Shown: positions 9,636 through 22,800, counted from the stretch's first letter. The stretch: DNA of 64,000 bases from Deltaproteobacteria bacterium (GCA_016209105.1 JACQWR010000025.1:41314-105313), one strand, 5' to 3'. The notes: generated by a model from the letters alone, not told the origin. Numbers and translations: made by a program.

Positions 9636-11969
9636 ATGTCAAACAAACCGACGATAACCATTCTCGGCATGGAAAAGGGGGTTCGTGTCGAGTCGAGGAT
9701 CCTGGAAGAACGTGTCCAGCAGGCCGTTGCCAAAGGACACCGGTTTATCGAGATTGTTGCCCACGGTCAGCACGGTATCGGCGGCCGGCTGTGGAAAGCC
9801 GGGGATGAACCTGTCGAGATACAAGTCCAGGGCACTACGGGGCAGCGCCTCGGCTCCATGGGCTTCCCGAACACGCTCATACGCATGGAGGGACCAGCCT
9901 CCGACGACGTGGGATGGTTGAACGCCGGCGCCCGCATCATTGTTCGCGGCAACGCCACGAACGGCGTCGGGAACGCCATGGCCCAGGGGAGGATTTGCGT
10001 TGCCGGGGACATCGGCGCACGGGGCATGACCATGACGAAGCAAAACCCCCGCTTTGAACCGCCGGAACTCTGGGTGCTGGGAGGCGTGGGCGATTCCTTT
10101 GCCGAGTTCATGGCCGGCGGGATTGCCGTTATCTGCGGCTGCGGCAAGGAAAAGGAAACGAACGTTTTGGGCTATCGTCCCTGCGTCGGGATGGTGGGCG
10201 GAAAGATATTCTTCCACGGTGCCTATCAGGGCTACAGTGAGAAGGATGCCAAACTCACGGATATCTCCGACGAGGAGTGGCGCTGGCTTACGAACAACAT
10301 CAGGGGATTCCTTGACAGCATAGACCGGATCAATCTGCTTGCCCCGCTTACGGCGAACCGTGGGGAGTGGCGGCTGCTGACTGCGCGCAAACCCCACGAG
10401 AAGTATGGCAAGCCATCGCGCAAAATGACCGCCTTCCGGCGGGAGGTCTGGGATGGGGAGTTGGGCAAGGGCGGCCTCATTGGCGACCTTTATGATCAGG
10501 ATCAGAGTCCCGTGGAAGTCATTACGACGGGCGGTCTCCGGCGCTACGTTCCGCTCTGGGAAAACGAGAAGTATCTGCCTCCCTGTCAGGCAAACTGCCC
10601 CACGGGCATCCCCGTGCAGAAACGGTGGGAGCTTATCCGCGAGGGGCGGATGGATGAGGCCGTGGACCTGGCGCTTAAGTATACGCCGTTTCCCGCCACG
10701 GTCTGCGGGCATCTCTGCCCCAACCTCTGCATGCTGAACTGCACCCGGCAGACGGTCCGTCTCCCCGCCGTGGACATCAGGCTCCTCGGCAAGGCGAGCC
10801 TGAACGCCAAAGCGCCGGAACCGGCTCCGTCCACGGGAAAGAAGATCGCCGTGATCGGTGGCGGCGCCGCGGGTCTTTCCGTCGCCTGGCAGCTCTGGAT
10901 GAAGGGGCATGAACCGGTGATTTACGACGTCCGCAAGCGCCTGGGAGGGAAAATCTCCGAAACGATTCCCCGGAGCCGGATCCCCGACGATGTCCTGGAA
11001 CATGAGCTTAAGCGCGCGTCAAAAAAGATTGCCCATAAACACCTGAAGCATTCCCTTACCCGCGAAGGATTTTTGAAGCTTGCGAACGGGTACGATTTCG
11101 TCGTGATTGCCGTGGGCGCCCAGAAACCGCGCATGATACCAGTTCCCGGCAACGAGCGAGCAATTGCAGCGCTCGAATTTCTTCGCTTAAGCAAGGCGGA
11201 CAAGGCCCAGGTCGGCCAGCGGGTCGTGATTATTGGCGCGGGCAACGTGGGATGCGACGCGGCGAGCGAGGCCTATCGCCTCGGGGCCCGCGATATCACA
11301 CTCATTGATATCCAGGAACCGGCCTCCTCCGGTGTGGAACGGCAGCATGCCGAGGCGGCGGGCGCGAAGTTCCTTTGGCCGCGGTTTACGAAAGCCATCA
11401 CGGAGAAGGGAGTGGAACTGACGAGCGGCGAACTGCTGCCGGCGGACACGGTCATTGTTTCCATCGGCGATCAGCCGGATTTGGCGTTCCTTCCCGAAAC
11501 GATTGCGACTGAGAGGGGGTTCATCACCGTAAACGAATCCTATCAGACGAGCGATCCGAGGGTGTTTGCCGTCGGCGACGCCGTCCGGCTGGGGCTTCTG
11601 ACGGAGGCCATCGGCATGGGACGGAAAGCGGCGGCCTCTATTGACGATCTGCTCCGGGGCAGAAAGGAAACGTACGACCAGCTGCCCGCCATTGACCCGG
11701 CACGGGTCAAGCTGGAATACTATGACCCGCGGGTGCTGGCTTTCGATGATCCTGTCTCTTGCGCGGGACAGTGTGCTTCCTGCGGCGCATGCAGGGATTG
11801 CGGCATGTGCGAAACGATATGCCCGCAGAGCGCTATTATCCGGCGTGATCTGGGGGACGGCAACTACGAGTATGCCGTTGAGGCCGACCGCTGCATCGGA
11901 TGCGGTTTCTGCGCCGGGGCATGTCCATGCGGTATCTGGCGGCTTACGGAGAACGAACCGCTGGAATAA
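9636..11969 (+). CDS. Fusion protein: GOGAT GXGXG-motif domain (GltB3-like) + GltD-like NAD(P)H flavoprotein + C-terminal 2x[4Fe-4S] ferredoxin
   Basis: N-terminal GXGXG region (HGQHGIGGRLW...VRGNATNGVGNAMAQGRICVAGDIGARG). GltD-like CQANCP...CGHLCPNLC and dinucleotide folds KKIAVIGGGAAG and VVIIGAGNVG. C-terminal CASCGACRDCGMCETICP and CIGCGFCAGACP. Confidence 0.85.
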   Translation: MSNKPTITILGMEKGVRVESRILEERVQQAVAKGHRFIEIVAHGQHGIGGRLWKAGDEPVEIQVQGTTGQRLGSMGFPNTLIRMEGPASDDVGWLNAGARIIVRGNATNGVGNAMAQGRICVAGDIGARGMTMTKQNPRFEPPELWVLGGVGDSFAEFMAGGIAVICGCGKEKETNVLGYRPCVGMVGGKIFFHGAYQGYSEKDAKLTDISDEEWRWLTNNIRGFLDSIDRINLLAPLTANRGEWRLLTARKPHEKYGKPSRKMTAFRREVWDGELGKGGLIGDLYDQDQSPVEVITTGGLRRYVPLWENEKYLPPCQANCPTGIPVQKRWELIREGRMDEAVDLALKYTPFPATVCGHLCPNLCMLNCTRQTVRLPAVDIRLLGKASLNAKAPEPAPSTGKKIAVIGGGAAGLSVAWQLWMKGHEPVIYDVRKRLGGKISETIPRSRIPDDVLEHELKRASKKIAHKHLKHSLTREGFLKLANGYDFVVIAVGAQKPRMIPVPGNERAIAALEFLRLSKADKAQVGQRVVIIGAGNVGCDAASEAYRLGARDITLIDIQEPASSGVERQHAEAAGAKFLWPRFTKAITEKGVELTSGELLPADTVIVSIGDQPDLAFLPETIATERGFITVNESYQTSDPRVFAVGDAVRLGLLTEAIGMGRKAAASIDDLLRGRKETYDQLPAIDPARVKLEYYDPRVLAFDDPVSCAGQCASCGACRDCGMCETICPQSAIIRRDLGDGNYEYAVEADRCIGCGFCAGACPCGIWRLTENEPLE

Positions 11970-12015
11970 TAGATTTATGTGCATCCAACAACAACCTTTA
12001 AGAAAGGAGTGTATT

Positions 12016-13347
12016 ATGTTTTCCTGTAAAACAAAAGCCGACGTCCTGAAAGTGGTGAAAGAACAGAAGGTAAGCTTTGTCCAGTTCTGGTTTACCGACG
12101 TGCTGGGGGTGCAGAAAATCTTCAGCATCACCCCTTCGGAGCTGGAAGAGGGTATGGGGGAGGGTATGGGGTTTGACGGTTCCTCCATCCAGGGGTTTTG
12201 CCGGATCGAGGAGAGCGACATGATTGCCATGCCCGATCCCGCCACCTTTCAACTTCTGCCCTACCGGCCTTCGGAGCGGCCGGTGGCCCGCATGATCTGC
12301 GATATCCAGAATCCGGACGGCACCCCCTATGAGGGAGACCCGCGCTACGTCCTGAAACGCATGCTGAAAAAGACTGCTAAAATGGGGTATACCTACTATG
12401 TGGGGCCCGAACTGGAATTTTTCTATTTTGCCAATGACAGAACGCCGGAGATCATTGACCGGGGCGGCTACTTCGACGGTCTGCCCGTGGACCGGGCCAC
12501 CGATCTTCGCCGCGAGACGATCTTTGCCCTCCAGGACATGGGCATCCGCGTGGAATATTCGCACCACGAGGTGGCCCCCAGCCAGCATGAGATAGACCTC
12601 CGCTATGACGAGGCCCTGAAGATGGCCGACCAGGTGATGACCTACCGGACCCTGGTAAAGGAGGTCGCCCGGCAGAACGGCGTGTACGCCACCTTCATGC
12701 CCAAGCCCATCTTCGGCGAAAACGGCAGCGGCATGCATACCCACCAGTCCCTCTTCAAAGGGACGAAGAATGCCTTTTTCGACGGCAGTGACAAGTACCA
12801 CCTGTCGAAGACCGCCAAGCACTATATCGCCGGGCTGATGACGCACGCGCCGGAGTTTACGGCGATCTGCAACCAGTGGGTCAATTCCTACAAGCGGCTG
12901 GTGCCCGGTTACGAAGCCCCGGTCTATGTCTCCTGGGCGCGCCGCAACCGCTCCGCCATGATCCGCGTTCCCATGTACAAACCGGGCAAGGAGAAGGCAA
13001 CGCGCATTGAATACCGCTCCCCCGATCCCGCCTGCAACCCCTACCTGGCTTTTGCCGTGATGCTGGCGGCGGGCCTGCAGGGAATGGAAAAGAAGTACGT
13101 CCTGCCGGAACCCGTGGAGGAGGATATCTTTGAAATGGATGAGAAGGCCCGCGCCAAGGCGGGGATAACCTCGCTGCCGGGCAGCCTCTATGAGGCGTTG
13201 CAGCTTGTATCCAAGAGCAAGCTGGTTCGGGAAACGCTGGGTGAGCATATTTTCAATAAATTTGTGGAAAATAAGAAGGTCGAATGGGATCGCTTCCGTA
13301 CCCATGTGAGCCAGTTCGAGATAGATCGCTATCTGCCCATGTTGTAA
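12016..13347 (+). CDS. glnA: Glutamine synthetase, type I
   Basis: ATG at 12016 with RBS aaaggag. FVQFWFTDVLG, GFDGSSI, GPELEFF, NGSGMHTHQS and SWARRNRSAMIRVP motifs. Confidence 0.93.
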   Translation: MFSCKTKADVLKVVKEQKVSFVQFWFTDVLGVQKIFSITPSELEEGMGEGMGFDGSSIQGFCRIEESDMIAMPDPATFQLLPYRPSERPVARMICDIQNPDGTPYEGDPRYVLKRMLKKTAKMGYTYYVGPELEFFYFANDRTPEIIDRGGYFDGLPVDRATDLRRETIFALQDMGIRVEYSHHEVAPSQHEIDLRYDEALKMADQVMTYRTLVKEVARQNGVYATFMPKPIFGENGSGMHTHQSLFKGTKNAFFDGSDKYHLSKTAKHYIAGLMTHAPEFTAICNQWVNSYKRLVPGYEAPVYVSWARRNRSAMIRVPMYKPGKEKATRIEYRSPDPACNPYLAFAVMLAAGLQGMEKKYVLPEPVEEDIFEMDEKARAKAGITSLPGSLYEALQLVSKSKLVRETLGEHIFNKFVENKKVEWDRFRTHVSQFEIDRYLPML

Positions 13348-13377
13348 GTGAAGTGTTTTTCCCTTTCCGGAGAGGAT

Positions 13378-13485
13378 GTGAAGCTCCCCGCCCACAGGGC
13401 GGGGCTTCCCGGTAAGGAGTTTCAGTTATCATTGCGCCCCTTAACCCCGCCTGGAAGGTGGGGCTCGCGGGTGCGCCCCCGGTCA
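13378..13485 (+). repeat. Structured intergenic repeat, family C, copy C1
   Basis: About 108 bp. It matches the reverse complement of 48157-48264 along its length. It has two GC hairpins, ccccgccc-acag-gggcgggg and ccccgcc-tggaa-ggtgggg. Confidence 0.7.
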
Positions 13486-13498
13486 TAGGAGGTCATAC

Positions 13499-14650
13499 AT
13501 GTCGCTTTTGCGGCAGCAACAGCCGGCCCTGTTGGTACTGGAAGACGGAAGCGTGTACCATGGGTACGCCTTTGCCGGATCGGGGGAAGTGCTGGGTGAG
13601 GTAGTTTTCAATACCGGCATGACGGGGTATCAGGAAGTTATTACCGACCCGTCTTACAAGGGGCAGATAGTTGCCATGACCTATCCTCTGGTGGGCAGTT
13701 ACGGCATCAATCCGGAAGATAGGGAATCTGCCGGCGTCCACCTGGAAGGCTTTATCGTGAAAGAGTATCAGACCCGGCCCAGCAACTGGCGGAGCCGGCA
13801 AACCCTGAAGACCTTTCTTGAAGACCATGGCAGGATCGGCATCGAGGGGATTGATACCCGGGCTCTGACCCGCCGCATACGGCTTACCGGCGCCATGCGG
13901 GGCATCATTTCCACGGAGACCGCGGACACTGATCTTCTCCTTACGCGCGTGCGCGCTTACCCCGGCCTCGTGGGCCGGGATCTGGTTAAGACGGTTACCT
14001 GCAAAAAACCCTGCCGTTGGCGAGACGGTGCGCCCCGGCAGATCAGAACGATGGGGATGAGATCCCCGCGGGGGAAATTACGGGCCGTCGTTCTCGATTG
14101 CGGCGTCAAGTACAATATCCTGCGCCGGCTGGAGGAGCGCGGTTGCGAGATTATCATCCTGCCCGCCACCGCAACGGCGGAGGATATTTTGTCTTGCGGA
14201 GCCCACGGGCTGCTGCTTTCAAACGGGCCCGGCGATCCGGCGGCCCTTTCCTACATTGTGGACGCGGTCCGCAATGTCCTGGGCAAAATCCCCATATTCG
14301 GCATTTGCCTGGGACATCAGATTCTGGGCCAGGCCCTGGGAGGCAGGACCCTCAAGCTCAAATTCGGCCACCACGGCATTAATCAGCCGACAAAAGACGA
14401 CCGGACGAAACGCATCGAGATCACCTCGCAGAACCATGGCTTTGTCGTGTTGCCCGAATCACTGCCCGCGGACATCGAAGCAACCCATGAAAACCTCAAT
14501 GATCGCACTTCAGAAGGGATGATCTCCCCGGCGCTCAAGGCCTTTAGCGTCCAGTATCATCCGGAAGCAGCGCCCGGCCCTCATGATGCGACCTACCTGT
14601 TTGATGAATTTGTCGGACTCATGGAAAAGGAAAGGGAAAAATCACGATGA
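13499..14650 (+). CDS. carA: Carbamoyl-phosphate synthase small (glutaminase) subunit
   Basis: LVLEDGSVYHGYAFG, FNTGMTGYQE, GICLGHQ and the HGFVV/YHPEA triad region. Confidence 0.93.
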   Translation: MSLLRQQQPALLVLEDGSVYHGYAFAGSGEVLGEVVFNTGMTGYQEVITDPSYKGQIVAMTYPLVGSYGINPEDRESAGVHLEGFIVKEYQTRPSNWRSRQTLKTFLEDHGRIGIEGIDTRALTRRIRLTGAMRGIISTETADTDLLLTRVRAYPGLVGRDLVKTVTCKKPCRWRDGAPRQIRTMGMRSPRGKLRAVVLDCGVKYNILRRLEERGCEIIILPATATAEDILSCGAHGLLLSNGPGDPAALSYIVDAVRNVLGKIPIFGICLGHQILGQALGGRTLKLKFGHHGINQPTKDDRTKRIEITSQNHGFVVLPESLPADIEATHENLNDRTSEGMISPALKAFSVQYHPEAAPGPHDATYLFDEFVGLMEKEREKSR

Positions 14651-16176
14651 TCCTCATCATTGATTTCGGTTCTCAGTACAACCAGCTTATTGCCCGACGC
14701 GTGCGGGAGCACAGCGTCTATTGCCAGATCGAACCTCCGGAGATTGACATTGAACGGATAAAGTCCCTGCACCCGGAGGGGATCATCCTGTCCGGGGGGC
14801 CGGCAAGCATCTACGAGAAGAAAAGTCCCCGCACCGCGAGCGGTATCTTTGAACTCGGCATCCCCATCCTGGGCATCTGCTATGGACTTCAGTATATGGT
14901 GGACGCCCTCGGCGGCGAGGTCATCCGATCCAAAAAGAGGGAGTACGGATTTGCCGAACTGACGGTCAAGCGTGATGGAGGAATATTCCACGGCGTCAGC
15001 GGGAAAACAAAGTGTTGGATGAGCCACGGCGACACCATCGGCAGACTGCCACGGGGTTTCACCATCACGGCGTCCACGCCGAACACGAAGGTGGCGGCGG
15101 CCCAGCACGCGACCAGACGCCTGTACGGCCTGCAGTTTCACCCCGAGGTGGTTCACACGGCGGAAGGGAAAAAGATGCTGGAAAATTTCCTTTTCCCGAT
15201 CTGCGGTTGTAAGAGGTCCTGGACTATGAAAGCCTTCGTCCGGGAGGCCGTGGAGGAAATCAAATCCCAAGTCGGTGACGGACGGGTGATCTTGGGACTG
15301 AGCGGCGGCGTTGACTCTTCCGTTGCCGCCCTGCTCATTCACCGGGCCGTCGGCGACCGGCTGACCTGCGTGTTTGTGGACAACGGCGTCCTGCGCGAGG
15401 GGGAAGCCGCGCGGGTACAGGAGCTCTTCAAGAAACATTTCCGGATCAACCTGCGGTTTATCCGGGCGGGGAAGCTGTTCCTGAAAAAGCTGAAGGGTGT
15501 TGCCGATCCGGAACGCAAACGGAAGATCATCGGGCGCACGTTCATCGAGGTGTTCGACCGGGAAGCCCACCGGATCAGGGACGTCCGGTACCTCGCGCAG
15601 GGGACGCTCTATCCCGACGTGATCGAGTCACAGTCGACCTTCGGCGGGCCCAGCGCGGTCATCAAGTCGCACCACAATGTGGGCGGCCTGCCCCGGAAGA
15701 TGAAGCTGAAACTCGTGGAACCGCTCCGGCACCTTTTCAAGGACGAGGTGCGCCTCGTAGGAAAGGAACTGGGGCTTCCGGATGAGCTGGTCTGGCGGCA
15801 GCCCTTCCCCGGACCGGGGCTCGCGATCCGCATCATTGGCGAGGTCACGGAGAAGCGCCTGGCCGTCCTGCGCAAGGCCGACGTCATCCTCCTCGAGGAA
15901 ATCCGGGCGGATAATCTCTACCGCAAACTCTGGCAGTCTTTCGTGGTCCTGTTGCCGCTCAAGAGCGTGGGGATCATGGGGGATCAGCGGACCTACGAAA
16001 ACATTGTCGCCATCCGGGCCGTCACCAGCGACGACGCCATGACGGCGGACTGGGCAAGACTGCCTCACGACCTTTTGGGCCGGATATCCAACCGGATCAT
16101 CAACGAAGTCCGGGGCGTCAACCGGGTGGTGTACGATATTAGTTCGAAGCCGCCCAGCACCATCGAGTGGGAATGA
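14647..16176 (+). CDS. guaA: GMP synthase (glutamine-hydrolysing)
   Basis: ATGA overlap with carA. ILIIDFGSQYNQLIARRVRE, GICYG, the SGGVDSSV PP-loop, and the C-terminal PPSTIEWE. Confidence 0.95.
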   Translation: MILIIDFGSQYNQLIARRVREHSVYCQIEPPEIDIERIKSLHPEGIILSGGPASIYEKKSPRTASGIFELGIPILGICYGLQYMVDALGGEVIRSKKREYGFAELTVKRDGGIFHGVSGKTKCWMSHGDTIGRLPRGFTITASTPNTKVAAAQHATRRLYGLQFHPEVVHTAEGKKMLENFLFPICGCKRSWTMKAFVREAVEEIKSQVGDGRVILGLSGGVDSSVAALLIHRAVGDRLTCVFVDNGVLREGEAARVQELFKKHFRINLRFIRAGKLFLKKLKGVADPERKRKIIGRTFIEVFDREAHRIRDVRYLAQGTLYPDVIESQSTFGGPSAVIKSHHNVGGLPRKMKLKLVEPLRHLFKDEVRLVGKELGLPDELVWRQPFPGPGLAIRIIGEVTEKRLAVLRKADVILLEEIRADNLYRKLWQSFVVLLPLKSVGIMGDQRTYENIVAIRAVTSDDAMTADWARLPHDLLGRISNRIINEVRGVNRVVYDISSKPPSTIEWE

Positions 16177-16182
16177 GCGGGG

Positions 16183-16309
16183 CCGGCTCCGGAAAAAGGG
16201 CCATATGCGGCGTTGCGCTTCGTCATGAGTCACCGGCGTACGCAAAAGTACGCCTCATTCCTCATAACTCGCGCGCCTTGCCTCTGGCGCTTTTTGCGAA
16301 GCCGCCTGG
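16183..16309 (+). repeat. Stop-codon-abutting inverted-repeat element, family A, diverged copy A4
   Basis: It shares the central hairpin ggcgtac-gcaaaa-gtacgcc and the flanking ccttgc...tttttgcgaagccgcctgg arm with 30596-30721. It starts 7 nt after the guaA stop. Confidence 0.55.
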
Positions 16310-16318
16310 GATCGAAAA

Positions 16319-16891
16319 ATGGATACTGGCATACAAACTTTTTGCACGATGATCCGCAATCGGTCTGATGAGAATCGCCGAGCAATGCATTGCTTTTCCA
16401 TTCCGCATGGTGTTTTGAGTCCTGCGTTCTCGATTCTTCGGCAGGAATTGGATTCAATGATTAGGGTGATTTATCTGCTACAAATCACCGATCTTGCTGA
16501 ACGCCAACGACTGATTCAATCTACCCTACGTGGCGAAAAATGGAAGGTAATGACTCCGAAGGGGAAAGGCCGTGATGTAACCGACCGCGAGATGGTTGAT
16601 CTTGCCCAACGGCTACAAGGCTGGACACAGTCTGTCTATAGGTTTGGGTGTGCCTTTGTCCATCTATCGGATTTTCACAATCATCTCACACAAAACCCGT
16701 TTCAGAGGTTGTCGGAAGCAGAGAGGCAGGATATCCTGACACACATGCGTAATTACCACGGCGGGCCGTCACACGATAATCCAGAAATGGAAGAAATATC
16801 CAGGTACCTGCCACAAGTGTTCGACAAGATCGCCGGCAATCTGAAGTGCTACCTTGAAGATCTTGAACGTGGTAAAACGGAACATACATAA
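16319..16891 (+). CDS. Hypothetical protein (no recognisable domain)
   Basis: 190-aa ORF in the same direction as its neighbours, lying between guaA and carB. No motif was recognised by eye. Confidence 0.5.
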   Translation: MDTGIQTFCTMIRNRSDENRRAMHCFSIPHGVLSPAFSILRQELDSMIRVIYLLQITDLAERQRLIQSTLRGEKWKVMTPKGKGRDVTDREMVDLAQRLQGWTQSVYRFGCAFVHLSDFHNHLTQNPFQRLSEAERQDILTHMRNYHGGPSHDNPEMEEISRYLPQVFDKIAGNLKCYLEDLERGKTEHT

Positions 16892-17086
16892 TGCCCAACA
16901 GGGACCTCGACAATAGAGAGCAGAGAAAATTGGATTCAGGAGGCGCGAATTAAATATTTTTCGGGTACCATGCCCTCGCAGCGAAGCGAGAGATGGAATG
17001 ATCGAAAAAGATTTTGAGCGCCGATGAATCCGGTTTCCCTACGGTTGGGCAAAGGTTTCAGAATGAGGGATAGAGAAAGATAGTGC

Positions 17087-20332
<3,246 letters not shown>

Positions 20333-20375
20333 GTCCGGCCGTTCAGAAACCATTCTACGTACGGAGAGAGGAAAA

Positions 20376-21791
20376 GTGTGTATCATGTCGGAGGATCAGG
20401 AGAGACCGCGGGAGGAATGCGGGGTGTTTGCCGTCTACGGCAACGAGGACGCGGCACGGATTGCCTTTTTCGGTCTTTTTGCCCTCCAGCACCGGGGACA
20501 GGAGAGCGCGGGGATTGCCACCGCCGACGGCTGCCAGATCTGGGAGCGCAAAGGCATGGGACTCGTCTCCGAGGTTTTCCGCGAAGACACCCTGACGAAA
20601 TTGCCGGGTCGTCTTGCCATCGGGCACGTACGCTATTCTACGACGGGCTCATCCGTTATTTCCAACGCCCAGCCGTTTCTGGTGCATCACGCCGACGAAT
20701 ACTATGCCCTTGCCCATAACGGCAACCTGATCAACGCCCTTGAGCTCAGGCGTGGGCTGGAGGAGCGGGGCTCCATTTTCCAGTCTACGATGGACAGCGA
20801 GGTGATTGTTCACCTCATGGCGCTCTATCTAAAGGATGGTCTGGAAGAGGCGCTGAAGAAGGCTTTTGCCCGGGTTGAGGGCGCCTACAGCATCGTGATG
20901 CTGACCCGGAAGAAGGTCATCGCCGCCCGCGATCCCCGCGGATTCCGGCCGTTGTCTCTCGGCCGTCTCAACGGGGGCTGGGTCGTCGCCTCCGAGACCT
21001 GCGCCTTCGACCTTGTGGGGGCCACGTACGAACGGGAAGTTCTGCCGGGAGAGATCATCACCATCGACGAAAACGGGCTTACCAGCAGCATGCCCTTCCA
21101 GCGGGTGAAGCCCGCACACTGCATATTCGAGCTCATCTACTTTGCCCGGCCCGACAGCCAGGTATTCGGGGAGAATGTGTACCTCTGCCGGAAGCGACTG
21201 GGGCATAATCTGGCCCGGGAATACCGGCCCGATGTGGACATCGTCATGCCGTTTCCCGATTCGGGGAACTATGCCGCCCTCGGTTATGCGGAGGAAAGCG
21301 GGATACCCTTTGAGATGGGGATGATCAGGAACCACTATGTGGGACGCACGTTCATCCAGCCCACGCAGCCCATGCGAGACTTCGGGGTGCGCGTCAAGCT
21401 GAATCCCGTGCGGCCGCTCCTGGAAGGGAAAAAGGTTTTGATCGTGGAGGATTCCATCATCCGGGGCACCACGAGCCGCAATCGCGTGAGAAACCTCCGC
21501 GACGTCGGCGCAAAGGAAATCCATATGGTCGTGAGCTGTCCGCCCACCGCTCATCCCTGCCCCTACGGGATCGATTTTTCAGACAAGGGTGAGCTTGTTG
21601 CCGCCCAGAAGCCCAACACGGCGGAGATCGCGCGCTTTATTGGCCTCGATTCGCTGCATTACCTTTCACGTGAGGGGATGGTGATGGCCACCGGCATGGA
21701 ACCGGACAACTTCTGCCTGGCTTGCTACGACGGCAACTATCCCCTTTCTCCGCCCGCGGACATGGGAAAATTTTGTTTCGAGGAGCGGTAA
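20376..21791 (+). CDS. purF: Amidophosphoribosyltransferase (glutamine PRPP amidotransferase)
   Basis: ECGVFAVYG places the N-terminal Cys after a short propeptide. The PRTase motif VLIVEDSIIRGTT and C-terminal Cys ligands are present. The start could instead be the ATG at 20385. Confidence 0.93.
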   Translation: MCIMSEDQERPREECGVFAVYGNEDAARIAFFGLFALQHRGQESAGIATADGCQIWERKGMGLVSEVFREDTLTKLPGRLAIGHVRYSTTGSSVISNAQPFLVHHADEYYALAHNGNLINALELRRGLEERGSIFQSTMDSEVIVHLMALYLKDGLEEALKKAFARVEGAYSIVMLTRKKVIAARDPRGFRPLSLGRLNGGWVVASETCAFDLVGATYEREVLPGEIITIDENGLTSSMPFQRVKPAHCIFELIYFARPDSQVFGENVYLCRKRLGHNLAREYRPDVDIVMPFPDSGNYAALGYAEESGIPFEMGMIRNHYVGRTFIQPTQPMRDFGVRVKLNPVRPLLEGKKVLIVEDSIIRGTTSRNRVRNLRDVGAKEIHMVVSCPPTAHPCPYGIDFSDKGELVAAQKPNTAEIARFIGLDSLHYLSREGMVMATGMEPDNFCLACYDGNYPLSPPADMGKFCFEER

Positions 21792-21831
21792 GGCGCCGCC
21801 GGGAAACAGAGCAAAATCCAACGATCAGATC

Positions 21832-22182
21832 CTATTTCCCGGTGAAGAACTTCCGGATATCCCTTCCCATCTTCCGGAAGGCCTCGCCGGTCTTTTTCCC
21901 GGTATCCCGGAACCACTCTCCGATGGTCTTGCCCTGCTTCTGAGCCTCCTGCTTGGTTTCCTTAATTCCCTCCTTAACCCCTTGCTTGACCTCCTTGGCT
22001 TCTTCCTTGATCTTTTGGCCAACCTCTTTGACGCCTTCCTTAATCCCCTGGCCGGCCTCCTTTGCACCCTCCTTGATCCCCTGACCGACCTCCCTTGCCC
22101 CTTGCTTAAAGCCGCTATCGGCGGCCGGGCACGGTACGGCCCACAGAAGCACCATCATCACGGCAACTACGGTCGTTCGCAT
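21832..22182 (-). CDS. Small secreted protein built from tandem 11-residue amphipathic repeats (QGIKEGxKExG)
   Basis: RBS aaggaggg. Signal peptide MRTTVVAVMMVLLWAVPCPAA. Repeats QGIKEGAKEAG, QGIKEGVKEVG, QKIKEEAKEVK and QGVKEGIKETK give 33-bp DNA periodicity at about 21919-22104. Confidence 0.75.
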   Translation of the reverse strand: MRTTVVAVMMVLLWAVPCPAADSGFKQGAREVGQGIKEGAKEAGQGIKEGVKEVGQKIKEEAKEVKQGVKEGIKETKQEAQKQGKTIGEWFRDTGKKTGEAFRKMGRDIRKFFTGK

Positions 22183-22259
22183 AAAAGCCCTCCTTCTATT
22201 GGGATGATTTCAGTCTATCATGGAAGCGTGGTCGCTAACAAGGAGCATACCGTGCACAG

Positions 22260-22445
22260 TTATACTGTTAGATGTCCCGACCAAGCGCTCGACACAGGCC
22301 GCCAGAAGCCGTAATGCCTTGAAAGATGCTCATCATAAACTTGGATGAAGGTTTCAAAATGATCCCCCACGCAACTCAATATGAAAGCGGAGAAAAGGGT
22401 GTGCCAACCTGAGCGTTTTCGAATCAACCCTTCAGACTTCACCAT
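22260..22445 (-). pseudogene. Fragment resembling the N-terminal region of an IS91-family (Y2) transposase
   Basis: The 61-aa ORF contains GDHFETFIQVYDEHLSRHYGFWRP. By recall this resembles the region just before the zinc-binding domain of IS91-type transposases. No downstream catalytic part is present. Confidence 0.35.
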
Positions 22446-22533
22446 AGATCAATATGGCTCGCAACTGTGAGATGCAACCTACCACACGCCAACGCCGGGA
22501 AGATCGGTCATCAAGCGGCCCAACAACGCGAAC

Positions 22534-22800
22534 ATGTTCACCCTGATGAATCAGTTCCAACAGAGGGGCTACGATACCAAATTTATCTACGGCGGGTTCA
22601 GCTACTTTGATAATATGAATAATTATTTCTCGGGTAATGGCTCTGAAATCGTGGACCGTCCTGCACTGACCGGCAATGAAATCACCTTTGCCAATGCCTG
22701 GGGGGTGTGCGATGAGGATTTGTACAGACGAACTCTCAAGGAATGCGAGCGTTCATTCCGGGGCGGCAAAGACCTTCCGATCGTTACTGCTTTTCGCCGC
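22534..22800 (+). pseudogene. Internal fragment of a sulfatase/LTA-synthase (phosphoglycerol transferase) family gene
   Basis: YDTKFIYGGFSYFDNMNNYFSGNGSEIVDR...FANAWGVCDEDLYRR matches the middle of sulfatase-family transferases. There is no N-terminal membrane or catalytic part, and similarity ends near 22800. Confidence 0.5.

Noticed and set aside
21919-22104. A 33-bp periodic DNA repeat that could superficially suggest a CRISPR-like or tandem-repeat array.
   Set aside because: The period is in frame within an ORF that has an RBS and a signal peptide. There are no unique spacers between the units. It is a coding 11-residue repeat.
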